A stretch of DNA of 64,000 nucleotides from Eledone cirrhosa (taxonomy: Eukaryota), in contig OZ024742.1 of NCBI GenBank assembly GCA_964016885.1, positions 150,722,001-150,786,000 on the forward strand, given 5' to 3'. This document shows positions 13,804-27,004 of the stretch, one piece after another. The position numbers and the translations under genes were made by a program. Position 1 is the first letter of the stretch. Every line of letters starts with the position of its first letter. The notes under the pieces were generated by a model that worked only from the letters and a program-made list of their open reading frames with translations, did no database searches and was not told the origin of the DNA.

Positions 13804-14254
13804 AAATATAGTATTCCACAAATTACTCAGTTGGGCCCTTTCCATAACCTCCTCATTTGTGATGGGTTCAAGAGGTCCTGAGGCAACGTCTATGGAAAAC
13901 ATCTGTAGTTCTGCCTGTGGAATACCGTCAGCATACGACGGCAGAATATACTTGACCATGTGCTACGCATGTCCACGAAGAGGCCAGCAAGGGCCCCTTC
14001 GAACAGAAACTATAAGCAGACCCATAAAGACCTGGTTGAGGTTTGTGGAAATAGATATGGCAAACATGCGCTTGGCCTAGCCTGAGAGCAGGCCCGTGGC
14101 AACGCTTCCAACTGTTCAGAATGGAGATCTTACTTCACTCAATCCTCAATGGGGAGCAAAACGAAGAAGAAGAAGAAGAAGAAGAAGAAGAAGAAGAAGA
14201 AGAAGAAGAAGAAGAAGAAGAAGAAGAAGAAGAAGAAGAAGAAAATATAGTATT
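13804..14254 (+). mobile_element. 5'-truncated, 5'-inverted RTE LINE insertion with (GAA)n tail and 12-bp TSD
   Basis: TSD AAATATAGTATT at 13804-13815 and 14243-14254. The inverted part (13811-13915, - strand) reads ITNEEVMERAQLSNLWNT. The sense part from 13916 reads WNTVSIRRQNILDHVLRMSTKRPAR..RPIKTW. About 27 GAA units at 14163-14243. Confidence 0.88.
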
Positions 14255-15081
14255 GTACTGAGATTACTCTCTGTTACAATTCAAAGTTTCTTCATGTAAC
14301 TAAAGCTTCGATGAAAACATGTCTATAAATAGTTGACCTGCTCCTCACAAATATATTTTCATATGTATCATACCACAAATCTATCAAAACTGATATCAAA
14401 CTGAAATAAGCTTTTCCTTCTGACATTATATATTGAGATTAAATGACTTTAAATAACACCAGTTGTGACTGTTATAGATTTATTTTCTCCCATCAAAGCT
14501 TTAATTGGTTTGTATGCATTGGTTTGTGTTGAATTTCTGAATCAGCTTGTGGATTTGCATCAGAAATATTTTTTGTTAACGTAATTAAACGATTTTGATT
14601 GTTCCCCATAAGACCGGGGAAAAGCAACTATTTTATTCTACGTCAAACACTTATCATGAAAAACGTTTAGTAAATAAAAAAAGAAACGCAAACCTGTTTC
14701 CAAAGCCTTGTGTGATCATGGTTTCATTTCTTTTCTTTACCTTTTTTTCGCCTTGTCCCCCAAGACATAAAATAATTTCTAATCTATATCCTCCTTGATT
14801 TATTGTCCTATCAACAGCGCAATGTTTAACTGAGTTGACGTCCTTACTATTGCATTAAACAATAGTCCACCGTTACAAGTGCTGAGCAAAGCAACATGGA
14901 GCTTCTACGTGATCACTCTACCTGCTAATAATCGTTTATAATATAGGCACAAGGCCTATATAATAAACGTTTTTTTCCTTATTCGACCAACTGATACATG
15001 CTAAGTACTGATATTTCAATTGTTTGTTTTTAACAATTAACATCTTACTAATATCTAATGATTTTCTTCTCTCTTTTACAG

Positions 15082-16285
15082 GTAAAGGCTAACAAATACT
15101 CAAAGCTTCCCAACTGGCTGAAGTCAAGCAGTCGGCTATGTCGGAAGTGTCAACCTGGTTCTTACATGATTCGAAAATGCGACCTAAATCATGGCACTCT
15201 TTGTGCTCCATGTCCAGCTCGTACATTTACAGACCACAGCAATAAAATGCACCACTGCACTCCATGTGGTACATGTGGTGCAAATCAAATGGTCGTAAGT
15301 CTTTGTACAAGACACAAAGATATAGTATGCAAACGAGTTTACAAAGCAAGGAAGTACCATCTGCATGATTTGCATGGTTTTCAAGGAGATCAACCAAATG
15401 GCCAGCCAAAGAATAGCATTGAGCCTGGATCCGGAAGCTTCTTAATGTCAGATTCCAGTATATTCGATAGAACATTCCAGGGTGCAAATGGAGGAGACAT
15501 TAAATTTGGACTGGAATCGCTAAAGAGCATTGACAAAATACCAGAAGCGGAGGAAACCTCTGGTGATGGTCGAATCAAGCCATCACTGTTTATGAATGCT
15601 CTGGATTTAGATAAAGTTATCGACAATGATACAACTTTCTCTTCGTCGATGGATCCTAATTACAATGGGACAAATCCAAATCAAGAGCAAATGACATTAC
15701 ATACCATACCTAGCAAATTTGCAAAGGAGGAAGACTTGATTCCAATAACCATTTCTACTAAATCCAGATATGGGATGCCACCATCTTCTCAGAAAATGAC
15801 TGGATTTACGACAAAAACACCGAGTGAGAGACAAAAGAGACAAAAGGGGAAAGACAAGAAAGAAAAGAGGGATAAGAAAAAGAAAAAGGGAATACCAGAG
15901 CAAAGCAGTACTTTCTCTCTGACGAAGTCTACTAAAGAGTCGAAGATGTTTAAATCATTAGAAGATGATATACTACCGACTGTGTATAAAGCTCCAGTGA
16001 AGGAAGATCCCACCAACACGAAAGATGATACTGCGTTGACATCAGAACAAAAAGAGTCTGTCACTCCACCGCCTGTTACAGACAACACAAACGAAACTCT
16101 TAAACTTGACACCGCTACGCCTACTGATGCCCAAATTTCAAATATGGAACCTGCAGAAACTGAAGAAGATGTAAATGTTACATCTATCGAAGAAACAAAG
16201 AATGTAGCTGGAAAATACGATGTGGACCTAAAGTTAGAACAGACGACGCCAACAGTTCGCACAAGTATTGAAACAACATTGAAAG
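15082..16285 (+). CDS. TNF-receptor superfamily protein, exon A: about 2 cysteine-rich domains plus long Ser/Thr/Pro-rich stalk
   Basis: Acceptor ttctctcttttacag| at 15081 (phase 0) and donor AAAG|gtatgc at 16286 (phase 1). CRKCQPGSYMIRKCDLNHGTLC and CPARTFTDHSNKMHHCTPCGTCGANQMVVSLCTRHKDIVC are TNFR CRD patterns. The initial VKA fits a signal-peptide cleavage site. Confidence 0.92.
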
Positions 16286-16305
16286 GTATGCTTATTTTTA
16301 GTTCT

Positions 16306-16405
<100 letters not shown>

Positions 16406-17672
16406 CATATGTGTGTGTGTGTGTATATATACATATGTGTGTGTGTGAGGATGTGTGGATGTGAACAAACGGTAGTCAGAAAATGCCCGAGGTGGATGCT
16501 CGAAATAAAGTTTAGATATACAATCTCGCTTTCTGATTATGGTCAATGAGAACACAGCTTCAATCAACTGAGACTATCCTCACAATTTCAAGACAAAAAT
16601 TCGCTTTACAACTTTCTGATAATGAAAAGCAAGCAAGAGAGACAGATAGAGCCTGAGTTGATCTAAGTCTTGAACAATTTAAGACAATTCAGTGAGAGTG
16701 AATAAGCCAGCTTGGCGAAAGCATCGAACAAGTTATTAGATCTCCTATGTAAGTTTGTTAGACTAGAACAGCCAAACAGATATAGAGAAAGGGGGAAATT
16801 ATACGCTGATTATATATATGTCAGCAAAAGGTCGAAGTGAAAATGTCTAAGGGGAGCGCACTGCGTGAAGTGTATACAGGCAAATAGACCGTCGTATGTG
16901 ACTATGTGAACATTCAACACATATATGCCCAGAAAGTGAACAATCGACAGGTTTTACATCAGAGTATGATGTGGTACGAACTCGTAACTCCTGGGGTAGT
17001 CGTAGGAGCACCATATTGAGATACAGCGTTTCTTAGGGCATTTTTAAACCTGGCGAAGCCCATCCTCTCTCCAGGCCTGAGTACAGCAGATTTCTCCCAG
17101 AGGAGGATAGAGAGTGAGAGAAAGGAAGTGAGTAAGAATTGACCCCAGAATTAGATTGATACTTTTTATAGATCTCGAATGGATGAAAGGCAAAGTTGAC
17201 CTCGGTGGGATTTGAACTGATAGAGCAGAGAGCCGCAACGAATACAGCAAACCACTCTAACTGACGCTCTAACGACTCTGCCAATTCGCCGCCAATCAGA
17301 GTATGCTTCCCCTAAACAGATTTCTAGACAAAAGCTAGGGTTCTATCACTCCCAGAAATGGTCATACTGAGCACACGTTCATCATTTCAAGTATTTCAAT
17401 ATGTCAGCGCACTACTACGAAATAACCACTAACCCGATGCTAATCCGTTTATTGCTGTAAAATATAAGCTCAACGAACCAGACTTAATGATCTCAGACAA
17501 ATAAAAGAAATTTTGCACTGTAGTAGAAAATATTTGTAGGCGGTGAATTGGTAGAGTCGTTAAAACGCCGGATAGAATGTTTAACGGTATTCTTTACGCT
17601 CTGAATTCAAATCACGCCGAGGTCAACTTTGTATTTCATCCTTTCGAGATCGATGAAAACGATCACATTCTC

Positions 17673-17703
<31 letters not shown>

Positions 17704-17720
17704 CTTCTTCTTCTTCTTCT

Positions 17721-17778
<58 letters not shown>

Positions 17779-18213
17779 GTTCAGAGCTGGAGAGGGGATG
17801 TGCACCGCCAGGTTTAAAATACTCACGAAACGCCGTATGCCACTACAGGGAGCTTATGTCTCCACTAGGAGTTACGAATCCATACATACATAAAATATTT
17901 ATGGCAAACTCATAGAGTATCCACAAATACGACTCCCGGGTTATAGTTTTAGGTTTATACCTGCAATTATTGGGTTATGTAAGTAACTGTCTCCGCACTA
18001 ATCTTGAGAGGCTGCTGGACTTCACAGAAGTGTGGCCTGCTTTATGTGCACATACACATCGAGAGATGAAGGTATATATTTATGTCCAAATCCACATAGG
18101 CATACATATATGTACACATCTATAAATCAAAATACACACATGCACATACTCATTGATTTGCACACGCACACACACACGCACTCATACACACATATAAAAC
18201 GGATATATATATA

Positions 18214-18244
<31 letters not shown>

Positions 18245-18981
18245 TACATACGCACACAGACAAATACAAGCACACATAAATACGCGTTCCAACCATTAAT
18301 ACATTCCTAACCAAGAGAAAGCGGAGAAATTTGGCACTACAATAATGTTGAATTATAATCTTTACAGGCATTATTCAGAAGCTACATAAAGTCAAACAAA
18401 TATTAAGGAGCTAATTTCAGCTGTACTTTACCGTTTAATATGAAGTAATTGTTGTATGCTATTTGCTGATAATGTATACAGATTGTTTTTTCTATCGGAA
18501 AATTAAGACTAAATTATTCTTTCATTAATGTTACAGAATCGTAAGGTCGTGAGTTCGATTCCTACCGGCGCGTTTTATCCTTAAGCAAGATACTTTATTT
18601 TGCGTTGCTCCAGTTTACTCAACTGGCAGAAAGGAGTTGCACCTGTAATTCATAGGGTCAACCTTGTTGCTCACTGTGTCACGACGAAACTCCCTGAGAA
18701 CTACGTTAAGGGTGCACGTTTTTGTTGAATGCTCAGTCACTTGCACGTTAATCTCGCGAACATGTTGTTCCATTGTTAGAACAACTGAAATAGTCGCCGT
18801 CGGAATCGACGGAGTTCCAACACACACACAGAACATCAGACGAAATGTCTTTTAGTATAGAGTAACGTCTCATTATGCTTTTATTTCATATTGCGTCAGG
18901 ATCGGATAGATAGCAGTGATGTCCTGGGGTAGATATAATCGACTTTGCCTTCTCCTCCCCAAATTGCTAGACTCGTTCTTA

Positions 18982-19027
<46 letters not shown>

Positions 19028-19289
19028 TCATTTGTATGTAAGCAAACGGGATTGATGAAGAATAGGAATCAAGACTTGGTTCCAGAGAGAGGCTTGCCGA
19101 AGGCTTAACTTTAATCTTCAAAGATACGAATGGAATTTCCAATAGTTAATTGAATCAAATGAGATGGGATCGATTTCTAAATTGGTGATTGTTGAGAAAC
19201 TAAATGCCTTGTGCTATTAGGTTATGTCTCTTCGTTATAGGCTGAAATCCGATGTTGATTTTGCATTTCTATTAATACTCAGTAAAGGA

Positions 19290-20300
19290 AGATGGTGGAT
19301 AAGCAGTAGAGCAGCGGACAACATGCCTTGAGACATAGAGTTTCGGCCCTTTTCGTTTTGAGTTCAAATTCCGCCGACATTAGCTTTGTCTTTCATACTT
19401 ACGAGGTAGATAAAATAAAGCACCAGTAATGCACTGGGGTCGATTTAATTATCTTTCCGCTCACCCAAAATGATTGGCCTTATGCCTAAAACAAAAACCA
19501 TTATTAGGGCGGTGAACTAGGGCAGTGGATTGGGAGTATCGGTAGAGGGTCAGACACCACTCCTTGCAGCATAGAGTTACAGCCCTTTATGATCTGACTT
19601 CAAATCCCGCCGAGGTTAACTTTGCCTTTCATCCTTACGGGGTCGATAAAATAAAGTACCAGTAATACACTGGGATAATTGCTGGCCTTGTGTCAAAGGT
19701 AGAAACAATTATTAGGGCGGTGAATTGGCAGTATCGGCAGAGGGTTGGACGCCATGCATTCTAGCATAGTTACCTCCTTTACAGTCTGAGTTCAAATACC
19801 GTCGAGGTTAACTTTACCTTTCATCCTTACGGGGTCGATAAAATAAAGTACCAGTAATGTACTGGGTAATTGCTGGCCTTGTGCCAAAAGTAGAAATAAT
19901 TATTACTCAGTAGAAGGGCATTGAATACGTTTTACGTTCAAATCTCGCAGAGGTCATCTTTCCCTTTTATTCTTCCAAGTTCGATAAAATAAAATACCAG
20001 TAAAGTACTTCGGTCAATATAAATGACGTTCCCCGTCCTCTATATTGCTGGCCTTGTATCAATATTAGAAAGGGTAGATCTGGCTTTGTGCCTATGTAAG
20101 AAATTATCATTGCAGAGTGGATAGAGCGATGGATTAGCTGAATTGCCGGTGACGGACAAAATGCTTTGCACTATTTGACCTGACCCTTGGCTTTCTGTTT
20201 CAACTAATACCAATATTAAATTTGTCTTTCGTTCTTAAATGGACGATAAAATAAGGTACCAGTCAATACTGGCGTCAATTCAATCGATTTACTCCCCCAC
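19290..20300 (+). mobile_element. tRNA-derived SINE family A, about 5 head-to-tail copies (about 30 copies window-wide, e.g. 6110-6400, 17000-17295, 17540-17880, 30045-30260, 36815-37090, 38525-38730, 40330-40960, 48950-49480, 50470-50650, 53838-54215, 55155-55345, 58865-59045, 60987-61300, 61790-61980, 63230-63540)
   Basis: A box TGGCAGTATCGG, B box GAGTTCAAATCC, conserved core GCCTTTCATCCTTACGGGGTCGATAAAATAAAGTACCAG and tail GCTGGCCTTGTGCC..GAAACAATTATT in all copies. Confidence 0.92.
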
Positions 20301-20306
20301 CCCAAA

Positions 20307-20343
<37 letters not shown>

Positions 20344-20374
20344 AGTGTAATTTTCTACACAAAACGAAGGTTAT

Positions 20375-20950
20375 AGAGAAAATTGAGGTTGGTAATGGCA
20401 CATGGAATATATAAGAGACAGAATACTTTTTTGTGAAAAAACATAATTTTATAAGGTAAGGAAATAATAAAGGGTATAAAAAATGACCGGTTTCGATGGG
20501 TCTGCAAAAGCCATCTTTTCAAATGTTGATTAATATTAAGAAAAATTAATAATACGAAGAGTTAAAATTTGAGACTTGAAAATTCAAGTATAAAATTCAT
20601 TGTGGGATTTCATAGCAGTTTTCATCTAGGTAGCAACAACAGGTTGACTGCTGTGTCCCTTTCTGGTAGTGAAGGGACACAGCAGTCAACCTGTTGTTGC
20701 TACCTAGATGAAAACTGCTATGAAATCCCACAATGAATTTTATACTTGAATTTTCAAGTCTCAAATTTTAACTCTTCGTATTATTAATTTTTCTTAATAT
20801 TAATCAACATTTGAAAAGATGGCTTTTGCAGACCCATCGAAACCGGTCATTTTTTATACCCTTTATTATTTCCTTACCTTATAAAATTATGTTTTTTCAC
20901 AAAAAAGTATTCTGTCTCTTATATATTCCATGTGCCATTACCAACCTCAA

Positions 20951-20958
<8 letters not shown>
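20375..20958. repeat. Long inverted repeat (287-bp arms, 10-nt loop), PLE-derived, each arm with a hammerhead variant
   Basis: 20375-20661 is the reverse complement of 20672-20958. Flanked by (TA)n and (CT)n(AT)n. TTGAAAA-GATGG..CCATC-GAAAC-CG-GTC at 20811-20848. Confidence 0.95.
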
Positions 20959-21032
<74 letters not shown>

Positions 21033-21339
21033 CTTGGCCTTTCATCCTTACGGGGTCGATAAAATAAAGTACCAGTAATACACTGGGATAATTGCTGGCC
21101 TTGTGACAATAGTAGAAACAATTATTACAGGGTACCTCTGCAGATCAAATCAGTGTCCCTGTGTCTATGTTAAAAATGAACAATCAAGCGCATCAGATGT
21201 GTGCGGGAAATATAGTTTCATAATTGTTTCCTTATTGATGCATTAGTGTGTGTGGGGGTGGGTGTATGGGTGTGTGTGTTTGTATAGTGTGTATATGAGT
21301 GTGTGTGTGGGTGTGTGTGTGTACATGTATTGGCAGCAA

Positions 21340-21600
21340 CCTATGCCATCGCTACCCCAGTGATACAATCCCGGATAATGTGGGAGAACGTACTTTGGTG
21401 TGCAGAACACCAGGCACAAGCTGCCTCGTGATCCCAGCAGACAGAATGGAGAAAACGTTACCTCAGAGGTTATTGAAGGAGACACACTGAAATAGCCATT
21501 CCAACTCGTGGGGCACACTCATGCGGGTGGCCAACTCCTCCTCTATAGCAGTGAGTAGAAAAGAGATACAAGGACCAAGAATGCAAGAAGTTCCAACCGC
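21340..21600 (-). mobile_element. CRE-like non-LTR retrotransposon 3' fragment (second copy)
   Basis: - strand reads LATRMSVPHELEWLFQCVSFNNL*GNVFSILSAG. Homologous to 9900-10040 and followed by a (CA)-rich tail. Confidence 0.65.
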
Positions 21601-21757
21601 TACATATTCATAACTGCTGAGAAATCAAAGGACTCATAGCATCACGTTACATCTTTACGTTTTGTAATTTAAATCCTACCAGAATCGATTTTGATTTTCA
21701 TTTTTACGGTATTGATAGATATCTTAGAATTCAATGTTTTATCATTTATTTTTTTGT

Positions 21758-21800
<43 letters not shown>

Positions 21801-22194
21801 TGTATGCCCTATTTCCATTTCCATCTAGCTATATCTGCTTGCCATCATATACTATGTTTCTTCCAATATCTTTCATTTCTTTAATTGAAGTCAGACCTGC
21901 ATGTTTCAGCAATGTAGTTTTGATTTTATCACACGTTGATTATGTCATCTAATTGTAGCAGTAGCCGGTAAAATAGCTTAATGTCATTTGGATTTGATTT
22001 ACGGGAGACAATAGTCGAGAGATACATTTAGATAAACTTACTTGCCGCTTCAAACGAACATTTCTATCTTGTTTTCTACATAATACAGAGTGGAAGAATT
22101 AAATGGCATACAGATATTAATAGATATTTTTTTAATCAATAACAAGATATATTTTGATAACTTCATTTATTTTTCCTGTATTCTTTCTTTATAG

Positions 22195-22301
22195 ATTTTG
22201 CTAAAGAGGCTCATACGGTTCTGGAAGTAGATAAATCGACTACAATACACGGTCTTTTATTACCTACATCAAATGATTCTACGCTAGCGTTGCAAGACTC
22301 G
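22195..22301 (+). CDS. TNFR-superfamily protein, exon B (juxtamembrane stalk)
   Basis: Acceptor ttctttctttatag|, open in phase 1 (DFAKEAHTVLEVDKSTTIHGLLLPTSNDSTLALQDS), donor TCG|gtaagg in phase 0. It is required to bridge the phases of exons A and C. Confidence 0.85.
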
Positions 22302-22317
22302 GTAAGGAAAAACATAA

Positions 22318-22396
<79 letters not shown>

Positions 22397-22400
22397 CACA

Positions 22401-22440
<40 letters not shown>

Positions 22441-23158
22441 TACATACATACATACATACATACATACATACATACATACATGCACACATACATACATAAA
22501 TAATCTGTATGTGCGTGCGTTTATGTGTGTATGTTGGAGGAGACTTGTATGCCATATGCTATCATCTGAGCAGCTTTTTACCACCTTGAGAATTGCACAT
22601 AGCAAAAAAACTTTGCATCGCTTCGAACAAATAATTTCTCTCTATATTGATTGCTCCTTCTTTCGTTTGTACATCTAAACTTATGTATGTAGGTAGATAT
22701 ACAGGGTGTCCACAAAGTCACTAGACAATTTTATATATATATTTGTATAAAACTGTCTAGTGACTTTGTATATATGAAATTACCCTGTATATATGAAATT
22801 ACCGTTAAGACAAAGGTTGCATAATCGTGTTTATTGGATAATACGTATTTATGTGACACCAGTGTAGAATTGTTACTCAGCAGCCGGCAGCGGTGTGATA
22901 TCTTCAGATGTTAACACCATTTTCAAAGGAGTCCAGAGACTTGACTTCCGCAGATGTGGAAGTGTTTGCTTGCGACATATCAACTCCTTCACATAATTGT
23001 GTTAACATATGACAATGTCACACCGGTGCCGGTTCTGTTGTAATTATCACATAACAGCTTCCCAGTGATGTCATTGAAATACGTATTATCCTATAAACAC
23101 GATTATATAACACCGCGTTTGATCACCGCCGTTATGCTGGATAGATACGACTAACGTG

Positions 23159-23291
<133 letters not shown>

Positions 23292-23445
23292 GTATGTATG
23301 TACGTACGCACATACATACATGTATACATAGATAGATAGATAGATATATAGATACATACATATATACATACATACATGCATACATGCATACATACATACA
23401 TACATACATACATACATACATACATACATACATACATACATACAT

Positions 23446-23940
23446 GATGGCTGCCCCCTCGTTATCGAGTATGGCCATTGCACGATATACCATTATTAAT
23501 AATTAATTAATGTCGATAAAATAAAGTACCAGTAATGCACTTGGTAATAGCTGGCCTTGTGCCTAAAGTAGAAACAATTAATTAATTCTATCGTGCAATG
23601 CCTGTGCATGAAGATATTTTTTTTAAGTGAGGAAAGACTATGCACTGAGCCAATCCCACTCTCTGAGCGACAGTAGCTATAACCCGAAAAGAAGAAAAGA
23701 TCAACATCAACGGTAACTACTGAGCCGCAGGTTTTATATCGGAGTTATCCCAGTTTCCTGAGTTGCCTTTTCCTAGAAGAATGCCCTGACAAAGGCTAGG
23801 GATCATTTACTCCCAGGGGGTTTAACCGCGCGGTACATGTCTATATACATATTTACACACTTTCGGATGGCCGTTGACTCTTATGAGTTCTTCCACCCTT
23901 TGTCAGGTTTTGTTTTTTGTGCTGCAGGATGTCCAAAATC
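23446..23940 (-). mobile_element. Non-autonomous RTE-derived element (5'-truncated copy, with SINE A 3' fragment nested at about 23510-23580)
   Basis: Highly similar to 25487-26095. 3' tail CTCGATAACGAGGGGGCAGCCATC followed by (ATGT)n. Confidence 0.75.
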
Positions 23941-25105
23941 ATACATACATGCATACATACATACATGCAGTTTTGTTCTGAAAATTAAAACTGCATCGCG
24001 TTGGTAATATGAATGTATTTGCAAATGCTGAGCTATATCAATGTAAACAAAGGGAGACAAGTGCACCGCATCATCAGGTGTTGTACGAGGCTCTAAAGTT
24101 CTTTCGGGGTTTAAACAACAGATCTGTTTGCCTCATATGTATTTCAAACAAGAAAAATATGTATGGGACATAAAAATAAGAGAGCATTCAATTGGTGGGG
24201 AAAAAAGGACAAACAAAAACGTTAAACAAGTACTTTTAAACAATTCAATAATAGCCTTGTGGCTGAAACTAAAAAGACCCCCACTTCGGTCACGAATGAC
24301 CATGGGATTTGCACCTAGAAAGTTCCCCTCCGAGGCACAAGTCCGGGCAAGTTTGTTTGTGGAAGATCAGCAGTCGCCCATGCATTACAGCCTCCCATCT
24401 CCGCACCACCGGAAAGCAAAGTCCGATACACCTTAGCTCCAGTGACGTCACAACTCATTTCTACAGCTGAGTGAACTGGAGCAAAATGTCTTGCTCAAGA
24501 ACTCAACGCAAAGCCCGGTCCGAGAATCGAACTCACAATTTCGTGATTGCCAGCCCAACGCTCTAACTACTATGACATACGCCTTCACAAATTGATATTA
24601 ACTAAGACAATAAACAATTAAACTTCTAACTTTTTTTTACTTAAGACTGAGCATAACATATGCACGCTATAATAAACGTTAGGAAATATAGACGTACGTT
24701 CGACAGCGTAGGAAAAAAACGTCTTACCGATGGCATGGCCAGAATTGTAAAAAAAAAAAAAAGGTTTACAGGATGTGAAGGTAGCAGTAGCAGCCCAAAC
24801 ATGAAGTGATAATAGCAAAGACAAGGGGGTGACAGAGTAGATTGTAGACAAAAATATCATGGGGAGAAAGAAGGGGAGAGAGAAGGACAACAGAGGGAGG
24901 GTGATAGGGGTCGCAGAGTGATATGAAGTCAACAAACGGACAAAGACAAGTACATGTTATCATCAGGTTATGACGTTCAGACGCAGTTTAGTGGTATTAA
25001 ACAACAGAACTGCTTACATCAGAGATAAAGGATGATACAGTATATGTGTATTATGTATGTATATATATGTATGTATGTATATATATATATATATGTATAT
25101 ATATA

Positions 25106-25348
<243 letters not shown>

Positions 25349-25486
25349 AATCTGAGTTTTTCGAATATTAATAATAACATTCGATTCGTTTGCAGTTATG
25401 CAAACAAGCCTCAATTTTATAACCATGTCAGTAGAATGAACCCTTCATTCTTGCTCTTGTGTTGGCATGGGAACAGAACTGCATGA

Positions 25487-26095
25487 TGATGATGGCTGCC
25501 CCCTCGTTATCGAGTATGGCCATTGCATGATATAACATTATTAATAATTATTAATCGATGCTATTGTGCAAGGCCTGTGCATGAAGATTTTTTTTAAGTG
25601 AGGAAAGACTGTGCACTGAGCAAATCCCACTCTCTGAGCGACAGTAGCTATAACCCGAAAAGTAGAAAAGATCAACACCATCGGTAACTACTGAGCAGGT
25701 TTTATGTTGGAGTTATACCAGTTTCCTGAGTTGCCTTTTTCTAGAAGAATGCCCTGACAAAGGCTAGGGGTCCTTCACTCCCAGTGGTTTAACCACGCGA
25801 TTGGGTATCCGGCCCGATTATTTCTATGTCCCTGCGCATATATATACATATGTATACTTGCATATCCATATATACATATATACATATATACATATATATA
25901 CATATATACACATGCATATATACATATATATACATATTTACACATTTTTGGATGGCCGTTGACTCTTATGAGTTCTTCCGCCCTTGTTTTTTGTCCTGCA
26001 GAGTGTCCAAATTCACTCACCTCACCAAGTAAACTTGGTGGGGTTGCCGGTTTAGTCGCCGACGACCCAACCATGTCACAGGTTGTACTGGGTTA
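25487..26095 (-). mobile_element. Non-autonomous RTE-derived element (RTE 5'UTR fused to RTE 3' tail); third copy at 31695-32270
   Basis: Contains the RTE-type 5'UTR motif TCTAG(G)AAAA(A)GGCAACTC..TAAAACC. The 3' tail matches the coding RTE end at 36560-36725. No ORF. Confidence 0.7.
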
Positions 26096-26099
26096 TATA

Positions 26100-27004
26100 T
26101 ATAATAGGAGAACACTGGGAGGGGGGGTATATCCGTAGTAGTAGAGCACTCAGTCCATGGGACGAGTTTGGTAGAAGTAGTTCCACAACAGTTAGTTCAC
26201 CATTACCGAGAACAATTGTTTCACCTTATTCGGATCATCAGCTCGGTTTAAATGAATTTGTACGGAAAAGGAAAAATAACTGTACGAATACGCATGTGCA
26301 GAAACAGTCACTTCGCAAAGGGAAAGTAAAGCCACGATAGATCGATGTTAGGGAGACAACTGTGGATACTCGAAATAATTATAGATTATTCATGTTATTC
26401 AATCCAGAATATTATAGATTGTTCATGTTAGTCAATCTGGGGCCTTGTAATTTTTAATTGCATAATAGGTGTTTCCAGACGTGTGGACAACGTGAAAAAA
26501 AATCATTCTTTCAATGCACAGCCAACAAGATGGCTTCCCATTTCCGTATGGCTTACACTTAATAATAACTTTCCATTGGATGGAGTAATCCACGCCTGTG
26601 TACTTGAGGGACCATACGTGGCTCGCCAGATTCGTGGACGATCGTTTGTCCGAGTATCTGAAGGTCGACAGATGATTCAGGAAGCATTCTTTAAACCGGC
26701 CCTCCACCATACCTACATAGGTTTTGACTTCTTGTTGTTGATTTGGTCGGTTAGAAGTGACCACAGCTTCGTAAATTATAGCGGGTTTGTTAGATTGCTG
26801 TTGAAGGGGACAAGCTTCAGGCTGTCGGCAAAAGCATCCTGGCGGGGTGCTACTCTTAGGGCTGTTGGTGATATGGGCCTCCATATTCTTAGCACCCTAT
26901 CTAAGAGAGCTAAAAATATTTTACCTTCATTAGATTTCACGTTGAGTGAGGAGGGGGGAGGGGGGCATATTATTTTTCTATTAGCACGATTTCTATTCCT
27001 ATTG
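26100..27004 (-). mobile_element. Penelope-like element 3' part: RT thumb, Zn-knuckle, GIY-YIG endonuclease and 3' pLTR
   Basis: NRKIICPPPPSSLNVKSNEGKIFLALLD (thumb), CFCRQPEACPL..IIYEAVVT..KTYVGMVEGRFKECFLNHLSTFR..TNLASHVWSLK..YSIQW..CWLCIER (Neptune-type PLE GIY-YIG). Frameshifted. Confidence 0.9.
26205..26247 (-). ncRNA. Minimal type I hammerhead ribozyme in the PLE 3' pLTR
   Basis: ACCGAG-CTGATGA-TCCGAATAAGGT-GAAAC-AATT-GTT-CTCGGT: perfect 6-bp helix I, palindromic helix III, GUU triplet, same strand as the GIY-YIG. Confidence 0.75.

Noticed and set aside
14718-14798. MVSFLFFTFF.. as the missing signal peptide
   Set aside because: Hits a stop with no convincing donor. The first exon was not identified and may lie outside the window.
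19290-20300. CRISPR-like or tRNA gene array
   Set aside because: Eukaryotic context; the units are diverged SINE copies without a cloverleaf or spacer structure.
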